From a virus (Duplodnaviria; Caudoviricetes), in IMG/VR virus record IMGVR_UViG_3300042371_000197, positions 1 to 24,077 of that record: 24,077 nucleotides of DNA; one strand, 5' to 3'. Shown piece after piece: positions 17,308 through 24,077 of the stretch (positions within the stretch are counted from its first letter, which is position 1; each line of letters begins with the position of its first letter). Both the position numbers and the translations under genes were made by a program. Below the pieces are notes generated by a model that saw only the letters and a list, made by a program, of their open reading frames with translations, was not told the DNA's origin and did not search any database.

Positions 17308-17456
17308 GGTTTAACGTCGGGGTGATTGTCGAAATAATAGTCTATAATTTCACGCAAAAGGGCGGCCGTATTGGCCTCCTTTTTGTTTTTTAGCCTCTCG
17401 AATAGCATACGGCGGCGGCCGTGGATCCAAGCTTTTACCTCTATTTTTATTGACAT
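17304..17456 (-). CDS. Unannotated 50-aa ribbon-helix-helix-like DNA-binding protein
   Basis: Hand translation: MSIKIEVKAWIHGRRRMLFERLKNKKEANTAALLREIIDYYFDNHPDVKP*. Start context is attaaaagtATG, the stop overlaps the fibre gene's stop, and the ORF fills an otherwise empty gap. Confidence 0.7.
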   Translation of the reverse strand: MSIKIEVKAWIHGRRRMLFERLKNKKEANTAALLREIIDYYFDNHPDVKP

Positions 17457-17533
17457 ACTTTTAATCTTATGGTCCTTTTTGGTCCAATTACTTACCTATA
17501 GGCGCCGGTTAAGGGCTTAAAAATAGTTATTTT

Positions 17534-17541
17534 TACCTTTG
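17534..17541 (+). promoter_or_regulatory. Possible Bacteroidota sigmaA -7 element (TAnnTTTG)
   Basis: TACCTTTG immediately upstream of the protease ATG, in the divergent intergenic region. It is very close to the start codon and no clear -33 TTTG is seen. Confidence 0.3.
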
Positions 17542-17542
17542 T

Positions 17543-18673
17543 ATGGAAAAATTCCGCTATATAAATAACTACATCGTCGGTAAAAAAACCGCGAAAATGA
17601 GTTTAAACCGTCCTATTGGCGGCGATAACGGCCCGAGTATTAACGGGGCGGACTTCGCTCGCGAAATGGATTATTTAGCAGAGGCGGGAGTCGAGGAGGT
17701 TGTTATCGAGATCAATAGCCCGGGCGGAAACATTAAAGAGGGCTTTAGTATCTTTGCAGCTATTAAAGACGCTCCTTTTAGAACGGTAACCAAAGTTATT
17801 GGTATCGCGGCGAGTATGGCCGGGATTATATCGCAAGCGGGAGACTATCGTATTATAAAAGACTACGGACTTTTCCACGCTCACGGGCCGCAAGTTCCGA
17901 AAGGTAAAGAGGTTGAGGCCGACCTTTTAAATAAAATGCTTGAGAGCCTTAAAACAATGATAAGATCTAAAACAAGTTTGAGCGACGAACAAGTTAACGC
18001 TTTACTTGGTAAGGAAACCGTTTTGACAGCTCAAGAGGCTTTTAATATGGGACTTTTTGACGAAATAGAAGAAACTAAAGGAGTGAAACCGGAGTTGCTA
18101 GTTAGCAACAACGTGGAGGCCCTTTATGAAATGGCAAATAATTTTATAACTAAAAACGACGAAATGAAAAATTTAAACGATTTTTTACAGTTAGAGAACG
18201 CAACCGAGGAGCAAATTATTGCTAAGGTTACGGAGATTAAAGCAGAGGCGGCGAAAGTCGAGGAGCTTAACAACGAGCTTACGGCTAAAACTACCGAAAT
18301 CGAAAGCTTAACCAATGAGTTAAACACGGTGAAAGAGGCTAACAAGGCGCTTAAATTGCAAGCAGCTACGGACGTAGTGGAAAACGCAATTAAAGCGGGC
18401 AAAATTAAAGAGGACTCTCGCGAGTCTTGGATTAACCAAGCGGTTAACGACTTGGACGTTACGCGTTCTTTATTGTTGAGCTTTGCCGGAGAGACTAAAG
18501 CGGTAAGAATTAACAACGCTTTGAAAGTAGAAAGCCAAAGAGAAGATAAAGAAAGCCGCAAAGATTGGGACTTTCAAAAATGGGGGCAAGAAGATCCAAA
18601 AGGATTGGAGCAATTAAAAGCAGACGCTCCGGAGGAGTTCGAGGCTTTACTTAATGCCTATATCGCAGAGTAA
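17543..18673 (+). CDS. ClpP-type (S14) prohead protease with C-terminal coiled-coil scaffold domain
   Basis: IEINSPGG, GIAASMAG (Ser), FHAHGP (His) and LTAQEAFNMGLFDEI, followed by a heptad-rich C-terminal half; directly upstream of the capsid gene. Confidence 0.9.
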   Translation: MEKFRYINNYIVGKKTAKMSLNRPIGGDNGPSINGADFAREMDYLAEAGVEEVVIEINSPGGNIKEGFSIFAAIKDAPFRTVTKVIGIAASMAGIISQAGDYRIIKDYGLFHAHGPQVPKGKEVEADLLNKMLESLKTMIRSKTSLSDEQVNALLGKETVLTAQEAFNMGLFDEIEETKGVKPELLVSNNVEALYEMANNFITKNDEMKNLNDFLQLENATEEQIIAKVTEIKAEAAKVEELNNELTAKTTEIESLTNELNTVKEANKALKLQAATDVVENAIKAGKIKEDSRESWINQAVNDLDVTRSLLLSFAGETKAVRINNALKVESQREDKESRKDWDFQKWGQEDPKGLEQLKADAPEEFEALLNAYIAE

Positions 18674-18711
18674 AAAACAAAACAAAATATTAACTATTAA
18701 AATTTACAAAA

Positions 18712-19617
18712 ATGGCAGAGCAAATCATCAAATTATTTAGTAAGGAGTTACAAAGTAACTTATTTCCTTCAAACGAATTCTATAAGAGTTCAAAAGTAGA
18801 CGGCGACATCGACGCGCGTTTCGGAAGTGTTGAGGTTCCTCAAGCGGGATCAACTCCGGGAGTAACTAAAAACCCATCATCTTTCCCGTTAACAGCGGCG
18901 CAAAGAACGGACGACGTTAAGAGCTACACCGTAGACCTTTACGCAACGGATGCAATTCACATTACAGACGTTAACGAAATGGTTACCAACTACCAAAAAA
19001 GAAGCGACATTTTGAAGGACCACACAGCAACATTAAACACAAGAATTGCGGATGAGATCGCTTACGCTTGGGCTCCAACGGTTGCGGGACAAAAGTCTTA
19101 CATGACAGGAACAGCGGACGGCACGGCTTTAGCTCCGGGCGCAACGGGTACAAGAAAAACCTTAACACGTAACGACTTGAGCGATTTAGCGATTAAATTC
19201 GACATCGACGACGTTCCGGCGGGTATGAGAAACATCTTGGTTGACGCGAGACTTTACGCTCAATTATTGAAAATTGACTCTTTTATCAATTTTGACTATG
19301 TGAACAGAAAACCAACGGTTGACGGACAAATCGGCGAAATTTTCGGAATGAAAGTTTTTAAGAGATCTAAATCGGTTGTTTTCAACACGTCAAACGTGAA
19401 AAAAGCGGTAGGAGCTGCGACAGCGGTAACGGATCACCTTTCAATTTTGGCTTGGGCTGACAACTGTGTAAGACGTGCAGAGGGCGCGGTTAAAGTTTTC
19501 GCAGACATCGACAACCCTTTATATTTGGGCTCAATCTTTAACGCAAGCGTAAGAGCGGGCGGTACTGCATCGAGAACAGACGAGAAAGGAGTTTACGCAC
19601 TTATTCAAGCGGTTTAG
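18712..19617 (+). CDS. Major capsid protein
   Basis: 301 aa after the protease, with SVEVPQAG, DVPAGMRNILVD and GQIGEIFGMKVF patterns typical of HK97-fold capsids. Confidence 0.85.
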   Translation: MAEQIIKLFSKELQSNLFPSNEFYKSSKVDGDIDARFGSVEVPQAGSTPGVTKNPSSFPLTAAQRTDDVKSYTVDLYATDAIHITDVNEMVTNYQKRSDILKDHTATLNTRIADEIAYAWAPTVAGQKSYMTGTADGTALAPGATGTRKTLTRNDLSDLAIKFDIDDVPAGMRNILVDARLYAQLLKIDSFINFDYVNRKPTVDGQIGEIFGMKVFKRSKSVVFNTSNVKKAVGAATAVTDHLSILAWADNCVRRAEGAVKVFADIDNPLYLGSIFNASVRAGGTASRTDEKGVYALIQAV

Positions 19618-19619
19618 TC

Positions 19620-19790
19620 GTGGAAAAGGTGGCGGACAAATATTTTACAAAGTCGGAGGTCGTTTATAGGACCTCCGACGGAGTAATTTTTTACGACGAA
19701 ACTTTCGCGAAAGCTCACGCCTCAAAAAATGGGCTAACAGTAGAAGAATGTAAGAAACCCGAAAAAAAGCTAAAAAATGGCACTAAATAA
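19620..19790 (+). CDS. Unannotated 56-aa protein between capsid and sheath genes
   Basis: GTG at 19620 gives MEKVADKYFTKSEVVYRTSDGVIFYDETFAKAHASKNGLTVEECKKPEKKLKNGTK*. It fills the gap exactly and overlaps the sheath start. Confidence 0.65.
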   Translation: MEKVADKYFTKSEVVYRTSDGVIFYDETFAKAHASKNGLTVEECKKPEKKLKNGTK

Positions 19791-20952
19791 AGTATTATTC
19801 AACATCAACACGGCCGGCCTTGGCACTCCTTTAACTAGTAAGGACCACATCAGCGGCTTAGTGTTTTACGAGGACACTCTCCCGAGTGGTTTCGCAAGTA
19901 ACGACCGCATCAAAACTGTTTTCTCTTTAGCTCAAGCGGAGGCTTTAGGTATCATAGAAGGTAGCGCCGATTTTGGCGTACATTGGTACCACGTAAGGGA
20001 ATTTTTCCAAAAGCAGCCAAACGGTGAGCTTTGGATCGGTTACTTTGCCGAGCCGGTAAGTACACCGACGTTTATCGACGTTAAAACAATGCAAGACACA
20101 GCTCTCGGAACTATTCGCCAAGTAGGCGTTTATTATCCTTTGGCGGCTTTTGCTACGGCTCAAGTAACAGCTTTACAAGCAGTTGCAACGACTTTAAAAG
20201 CAGAAAATAAACCGTTATCTATTTTATACGGTCCTAATATTTTCGCGGTTTCCGACTTGTCAACATTGCCGGACCTTAGAGCCTTGACGGCTCCCTCTGT
20301 TTCGGTATGTATTGGCCAAGACGGGAACGCGAAAGGTAGAGCTTTGTTTTTATCAAAATCTTACTCAATTACTGACTTGGGCGCTAAACTAGGAACTGTT
20401 TCAGCGGCCAACGTTAACGAGTCTATAAGTTATTTTGAGAAGTTCCAAATGGTAACAGACGGGGCGGAATTTGATACGGCACACTTTGCAAATGGCGTCG
20501 CCTTTGCTTTGACGGCGACGTCTTTAGTAAATGCGATCGACGATAAAGGCTACTTGTTTTTAGTAAAAGAGATCGGTTTCTCTAATACTTACAATAACGA
20601 TAGTTATAGCAGCGTAGCGGTAACGAACGACTTAGCGACAATCGAGAACAATAGAACTATTGACAAGGCAACAAGAAACTTGAGAACTTTTATTGTTCCG
20701 AAACTTGGTAGCCCGTTAAGAGTAAACGCGGACGGCACTCTTAGAGAGGACACCGTTAAAACGTTCAAAGCGTTGGCGGACCGTGCTCTTGCATCAATGG
20801 AAGCAAACGGAGAGCTTTCGGCTTACGAAATTGTAATTAACTCGGCTCAAAACGTAGTTAGTACAAGTAAACTCGAGATTACCGTTAAATTGGTTCCGGT
20901 TGGCGTAGCTCGCGAAATAGTTATAAACCTAGGCTTTGTACCAAGCCTTTAA
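19777..20952 (+). CDS. Tail sheath protein (DUF2586-like)
   Basis: 391 aa with C-terminal IENNRTIDKATR and LEITVKLVPVGVAREIVINLGF, typical of contractile sheath C-termini. Confidence 0.85.
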   Translation: MALNKVLFNINTAGLGTPLTSKDHISGLVFYEDTLPSGFASNDRIKTVFSLAQAEALGIIEGSADFGVHWYHVREFFQKQPNGELWIGYFAEPVSTPTFIDVKTMQDTALGTIRQVGVYYPLAAFATAQVTALQAVATTLKAENKPLSILYGPNIFAVSDLSTLPDLRALTAPSVSVCIGQDGNAKGRALFLSKSYSITDLGAKLGTVSAANVNESISYFEKFQMVTDGAEFDTAHFANGVAFALTATSLVNAIDDKGYLFLVKEIGFSNTYNNDSYSSVAVTNDLATIENNRTIDKATRNLRTFIVPKLGSPLRVNADGTLREDTVKTFKALADRALASMEANGELSAYEIVINSAQNVVSTSKLEITVKLVPVGVAREIVINLGFVPSL

Positions 20953-20964
20953 AATTTTTAGAAA

Positions 20965-21390
20965 ATGGACAACACACCTTTAGTAAACGGACAAGCTTAC
21001 GCTTACGCCGATATTATCGTTACGGTTTTGGGATCACCACTAGCCGGGATAACGGCGATTAACTACTCGGATAAACAAGAGATTACCGAAAACTTTGGAG
21101 CGGGACGTTTTCCCGTATCGAGAGGCTTGGGGAAAATCGAGAGTGAGGCGAGTATGACAATCGACCGTGCGGAGTTAAATGCTTTGCTTAAAGCGGCTCC
21201 AAAAAACAGATTACAAAACATTGGCGAGTTTGATATTACCGTTTCGTACGTTCCCGAGGGGAGCGCGCCGGTTACGGATATTATTAAAAATTGCCGATTT
21301 AAAAACACGCCAAGCGGTGCGGCGGAGGGCGATAGCAACGTTATCGCGGAGCTCGAGCTTGCCGTTTCTCATATTGATTGGGCGCAATAG
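20965..21390 (+). CDS. Tail tube protein
   Basis: 141 aa after the sheath, with LVNGQAYAYADI, GITAINYSDKQE...GAGRFPVSRGLG and FDITVSY...DIIKNCRF. Confidence 0.85.
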   Translation: MDNTPLVNGQAYAYADIIVTVLGSPLAGITAINYSDKQEITENFGAGRFPVSRGLGKIESEASMTIDRAELNALLKAAPKNRLQNIGEFDITVSYVPEGSAPVTDIIKNCRFKNTPSGAAEGDSNVIAELELAVSHIDWAQ

Positions 21391-21430
21391 TTGGCTTTTC
21401 TTTTGTGTTTATATTGATTATTTAAAGGGG

Positions 21431-21466
21431 AAAAACCTCCGGACTAAAAACCCGGAGGTTTTTTTT
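21431..21466 (+). terminator. Rho-independent terminator (possibly bidirectional)
   Basis: AAAAACCTCCGG-actaaaaac-CCGGAGGTTTTTTTT. Confidence 0.85.
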
Positions 21467-21467
21467 A

Positions 21468-21475
21468 TATCTTTG
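21468..21475 (+). promoter_or_regulatory. Possible Bacteroidota -7 promoter element
   Basis: TATCTTTG (TAnnTTTG) directly after the terminator and 22 nt before the chaperone ATG. No obvious -33 element. Confidence 0.35.
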
Positions 21476-21497
21476 GTTAAACTTTAAATTTTATAGT

Positions 21498-21806
21498 ATG
21501 GCAGAAATCACAGAAAAAGAAATCGAAAGCTTAAAAGCCAAGCACGGCGAATTGTTTAAGCTAACAATCCCGTTAAAAGACGACGAGGTCGTTTTAATCC
21601 TTAAAAAGTTGGACCGCGTAACCTATTCGGCCGGATCTAAGTTATTGGAAAAGGACGAACTACTCGCGGCGGAAATGTTTTTAAGGTCGTTAACGGTTGC
21701 GGGCCCGGTTGAGGACGTTATCAAAGACTTTGAAGCGTTAAGAATTGCGGCGAGCTTGCTCGGTACTGTAATAGGGACGCGCTCGGGAAACGTAGCGAAG
21801 TTGTAA
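21498..21806 (+). CDS. Tail assembly chaperone (lambda gpG analogue)
   Basis: 102 aa between the tube and tape measure genes, with EIESLKAKHGELF and a slippery heptamer near its 3' end. Confidence 0.85.
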   Translation: MAEITEKEIESLKAKHGELFKLTIPLKDDEVVLILKKLDRVTYSAGSKLLEKDELLAAEMFLRSLTVAGPVEDVIKDFEALRIAASLLGTVIGTRSGNVAKL

Positions 21807-22054
21807 AAATTTTAGAGTCGATAGACTTATCACTCGCTTACTCTTTTGGAGTATTTAGGCAAATAAATTTTTACGACGCAAGGATAAAAGAGATTAACGT
21901 CGACGCCGACGAGGGTTTACAATGGGACTCACTTATCCGTTATCACTTTAAAATAGATCCGGAGCCTTTGAGCGACGACGCTTATTTTAAGTTAGTGGCG
22001 GGCCTCGAGTGGGTTATCAGACAAGAAAACGAGCGGCACAAAAACAAGGACTAA
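21785..22054 (+). CDS. -1 frameshift extension of the tail assembly chaperone (gpGT analogue)
   Basis: G GGA AAC at 21785-21791. The -1 frame is open to TAA 22052-22054: RSEVVKILESIDLSLAYSFGVFRQINFYDARIKEINVDADEGLQWDSLIRYHFKIDPEPLSDDAYFKLVAGLEWVIRQENERHKNKD, and it has no ATG of its own. Confidence 0.85.
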   Translation, partial: GKRSEVVKILESIDLSLAYSFGVFRQINFYDARIKEINVDADEGLQWDSLIRYHFKIDPEPLSDDAYFKLVAGLEWVIRQENERHKNKD

Positions 22055-22079
22055 AAAGGGGAGGTAACTCCCTTTTTTT
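22053..22079 (+). terminator. Rho-independent terminator
   Basis: AAAAAGGGGAG-gtaa-CTCCCTTTTTTT starting at the stop codon of the frameshift extension. Confidence 0.75.
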
Positions 22080-22115
22080 GCTATTTTTACACAACGACCA
22101 CCAATATAAAAGATA

Positions 22116-23804
22116 ATGGCAGAAAGTACGACCTACGTAATAGAGTTAAACGACAAGTTAAGCCCCGGATTAAAAAAAGCAGCGGCCGCCGCTATGGGGC
22201 TCGATAATGCTATGAGCGGAATAGGTAAGAAGGGAAAGCAAGGGGCGGACATGGCCGGAGGCGGGTTAAACTCATTAATTACTAAGGTGGGGCTTGCGGC
22301 TTTAGCTTATAAAGCTTTAAACGCGGCGATAGGTTTCGCGTCGGAGTCGGTAAAGACGGCCCGAGAGTTTGAGAGTTTAAAAAATGCGATAACTTTCGCG
22401 TCGGGATCGGCGGAGGAGGGCGCTAAAAATATGGACTTTATCCGAGAGCGGTCGAAATTACTAGGGACAGATTTAAGAGTGTCGGCGGAGGGTTTTAAAA
22501 CCTTGTCGGGAGCAATGATAGGGACCAAGCTCGAAGGACAAGCAACTCGCGATATTTTCGACGGGATCCAGGTAGCGAGCTCGGTAATGGGATTAAGTGC
22601 GGAGGACTCTAAAGGCGCTATGTTGGCCCTTGGGCAAATAATGGGTAAAGGTAAAGTACAAGCGGAGGAGTTACGCGGGCAAATTGGCGAGCGTATTCCG
22701 GGAGCTTTCAATATTGCGGCCCGTGCAATGGGTATGACTACGCAACAGCTCGACAAAGCTTTAGAAAAGGGCGAGGTAATGGCCGAGGACTTTCTCCCTA
22801 AATTCTCGAATGAATTAAAAAAGACTTTTGGCGGCGGATTAGAGACGGCGGTTAATAGCTCACAAGCTAACTTCAACCGCTTTAACAACATGATGACAGA
22901 CTTAAAGGTTACTTTAGGTAACTCATTGATGCCTATAATTAATAGGGTTATGACGGGGCTACAAAACGCCTTTAACTTTCTGAAAACAAACTACGGAGTT
23001 ATAATGCAAGCCTTACAGCCTTTAATCACTCACTTTAGAGAAATTGGCGCCTTGGTAGAGTCTTTTTTTAACAGATTAACGGGAGGCGCTACGGTGGCGG
23101 AGTCCTTACAAAGCGCGTTTGCGGGATTACAGGAAGTTATGAAATTTATGACGCCAATATGGGAAAAAATTCGCGATATTCTCGGGACTGTTTTCGACGC
23201 TATAATTAAAATAAAAGTAGCTTTTGACGGATTTCTCGAGCGTTTTCCTATTATAGGTAAAACTTTTAGAGGGCTTATATACTTGATTCGTGAGGGGTTT
23301 CTTATAATAATGGACTCGGCTAAGAATATACTCGGCGGAGTAGGGGATTTGTTGGCGGGTATCTTTAGCGGAGACGTCGATCAGATTAAAAAGGGTCTTT
23401 CCGGACTTTCGGACGCTTTCGCACCTATCGAAGGGGGTAAGCGTATGGCCTCGGCTTTTGCGGAGGGTTTCAATATGGAAATGATAAAGGAGCCGCTTAA
23501 ACTAAAGACGGACACCGGAGAAAAAAAACACGCAAACTTTAACGACGTTTTAAAGTCTCAATCTTTAGTAAAGGCGACCGGAGCGGGAGCAGCCGGAGCG
23601 GGGGCGGGTGGAAAGCAGTCGAGTACAAGCGTCGACGGCGTAAAATCGGGACGTCCGACGAGTATTAATATAAGTATCGGTAAGCTTATCGAGACTTTTA
23701 ATGTAACAGCTACCAACCTCGACGACATTAATAACAGAGCAAAGGACTTGGTCGCTCAAGCTCTTTTAAGTGCAGTGAATAACGTTAATAACATTGCTCA
23801 ATAA
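22116..23804 (+). CDS. Tape measure protein
   Basis: Tape-measure N-terminal motif ALGQIMGKGKVQAEELRGQIGERIPGAF, Ala/Gly-rich helical sequence, position after the chaperone. Confidence 0.92.
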   Translation: MAESTTYVIELNDKLSPGLKKAAAAAMGLDNAMSGIGKKGKQGADMAGGGLNSLITKVGLAALAYKALNAAIGFASESVKTAREFESLKNAITFASGSAEEGAKNMDFIRERSKLLGTDLRVSAEGFKTLSGAMIGTKLEGQATRDIFDGIQVASSVMGLSAEDSKGAMLALGQIMGKGKVQAEELRGQIGERIPGAFNIAARAMGMTTQQLDKALEKGEVMAEDFLPKFSNELKKTFGGGLETAVNSSQANFNRFNNMMTDLKVTLGNSLMPIINRVMTGLQNAFNFLKTNYGVIMQALQPLITHFREIGALVESFFNRLTGGATVAESLQSAFAGLQEVMKFMTPIWEKIRDILGTVFDAIIKIKVAFDGFLERFPIIGKTFRGLIYLIREGFLIIMDSAKNILGGVGDLLAGIFSGDVDQIKKGLSGLSDAFAPIEGGKRMASAFAEGFNMEMIKEPLKLKTDTGEKKHANFNDVLKSQSLVKATGAGAAGAGAGGKQSSTSVDGVKSGRPTSINISIGKLIETFNVTATNLDDINNRAKDLVAQALLSAVNNVNNIAQ

Positions 23805-23811
23805 GTGAAGT

Positions 23812-24077
23812 ATGAAAAGTTACGATAAAATAGGCGGACGTTTTTCGCCAAGAGTGGACCCGGAAATCGTTTTAAGAGGTTTCGGTTTGCAGAGCTTAAA
23901 ATCTAAATTTTATAACTCCTTAGAACTAGGAGAGGACGAGGACGAAAACGACCCTAAAATTACAAGTTACTTAGGTACTCCGGTTTTTGCTAACCTTATT
24001 TTTATTCCGGGATCTTATAAGGATAAGAAAGGGCAAACGGTGAACTACGGCGAGATTTATAAGAACGACGACAAAAA
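23812..24077 (+). CDS. 3'-truncated tail/baseplate protein (DUF6046-like)
   Basis: ATG at 23812 is open to the window end: MKSYDKIGGRFSPRVDPEIVLRGFGLQSLKSKFY...ITSYLGTPVFANLIFIPGSY..., directly after the tape measure gene. Confidence 0.65.
   Translation, partial: MKSYDKIGGRFSPRVDPEIVLRGFGLQSLKSKFYNSLELGEDEDENDPKITSYLGTPVFANLIFIPGSYKDKKGQTVNYGEIYKNDDK

Larger units (their letters stand above)
1..24077 (+). mobile_element. Bacteriophage/prophage genome segment (contractile tail, probable Bacteroidota host)
   Basis: Contiguous replication, packaging, head and tail modules. No host housekeeping genes, integrase or transposase within the window. Confidence 0.95.

Noticed and set aside
17356-17385. 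Terminator after the fibre gene (AAAAGGGCGGCC...GGCCTCCTTTTT)
   Set aside because: The stem is imperfect and lies inside the antisense RHH-like ORF. A dual role is possible but unsupported.
21179-21487. 102-aa alternative + frame ORF overlapping the tail tube gene
   Set aside because: It overlaps a well-supported gene, runs through a terminator and has an atypical composition.
22307-22891. 194-aa minus-strand ORF
   Set aside because: Antisense shadow of the tape measure gene.

Overview
This is a 24-kb segment of a tailed dsDNA phage or prophage with a contractile tail (myovirus type). The host is probably Bacteroidota, judging from A-rich start contexts without Shine-Dalgarno sequences, a BT4734/VirE primase and DUF2586/DUF6046-type tail genes. 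Nearly all genes are on the + strand. The left part is an early replication/recombination block: a Gly-X repeat protein, small ORFs, a RecE-like PD-(D/E)XK nuclease, an SF2 helicase, a VirE-type primase-helicase followed by an iteron-like GTTACAGAG cluster (likely origin), and a VRR-NUC nuclease. The right part covers packaging and morphogenesis: TerS, TerL, a Mu gp36-like adaptor, a 991-aa portal (DUF935)-MuF-zincin metallopeptidase fusion with a small coupled ORF, neck, baseplate and fibre genes, a ClpP-type protease/scaffold, capsid, sheath, tube, a tail chaperone with a -1 frameshift and the tape measure. The main highlights are the portal-MuF-protease fusion with an A10 slippage tract at the portal/MuF junction and a candidate immunity gene, a hidden antisense 50-aa RHH-like gene divergent from the head operon, the origin-like repeats, and a window-wide CpG excess with CA/TG depletion. 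All family assignments come from motifs recognised by eye; no searches were run.
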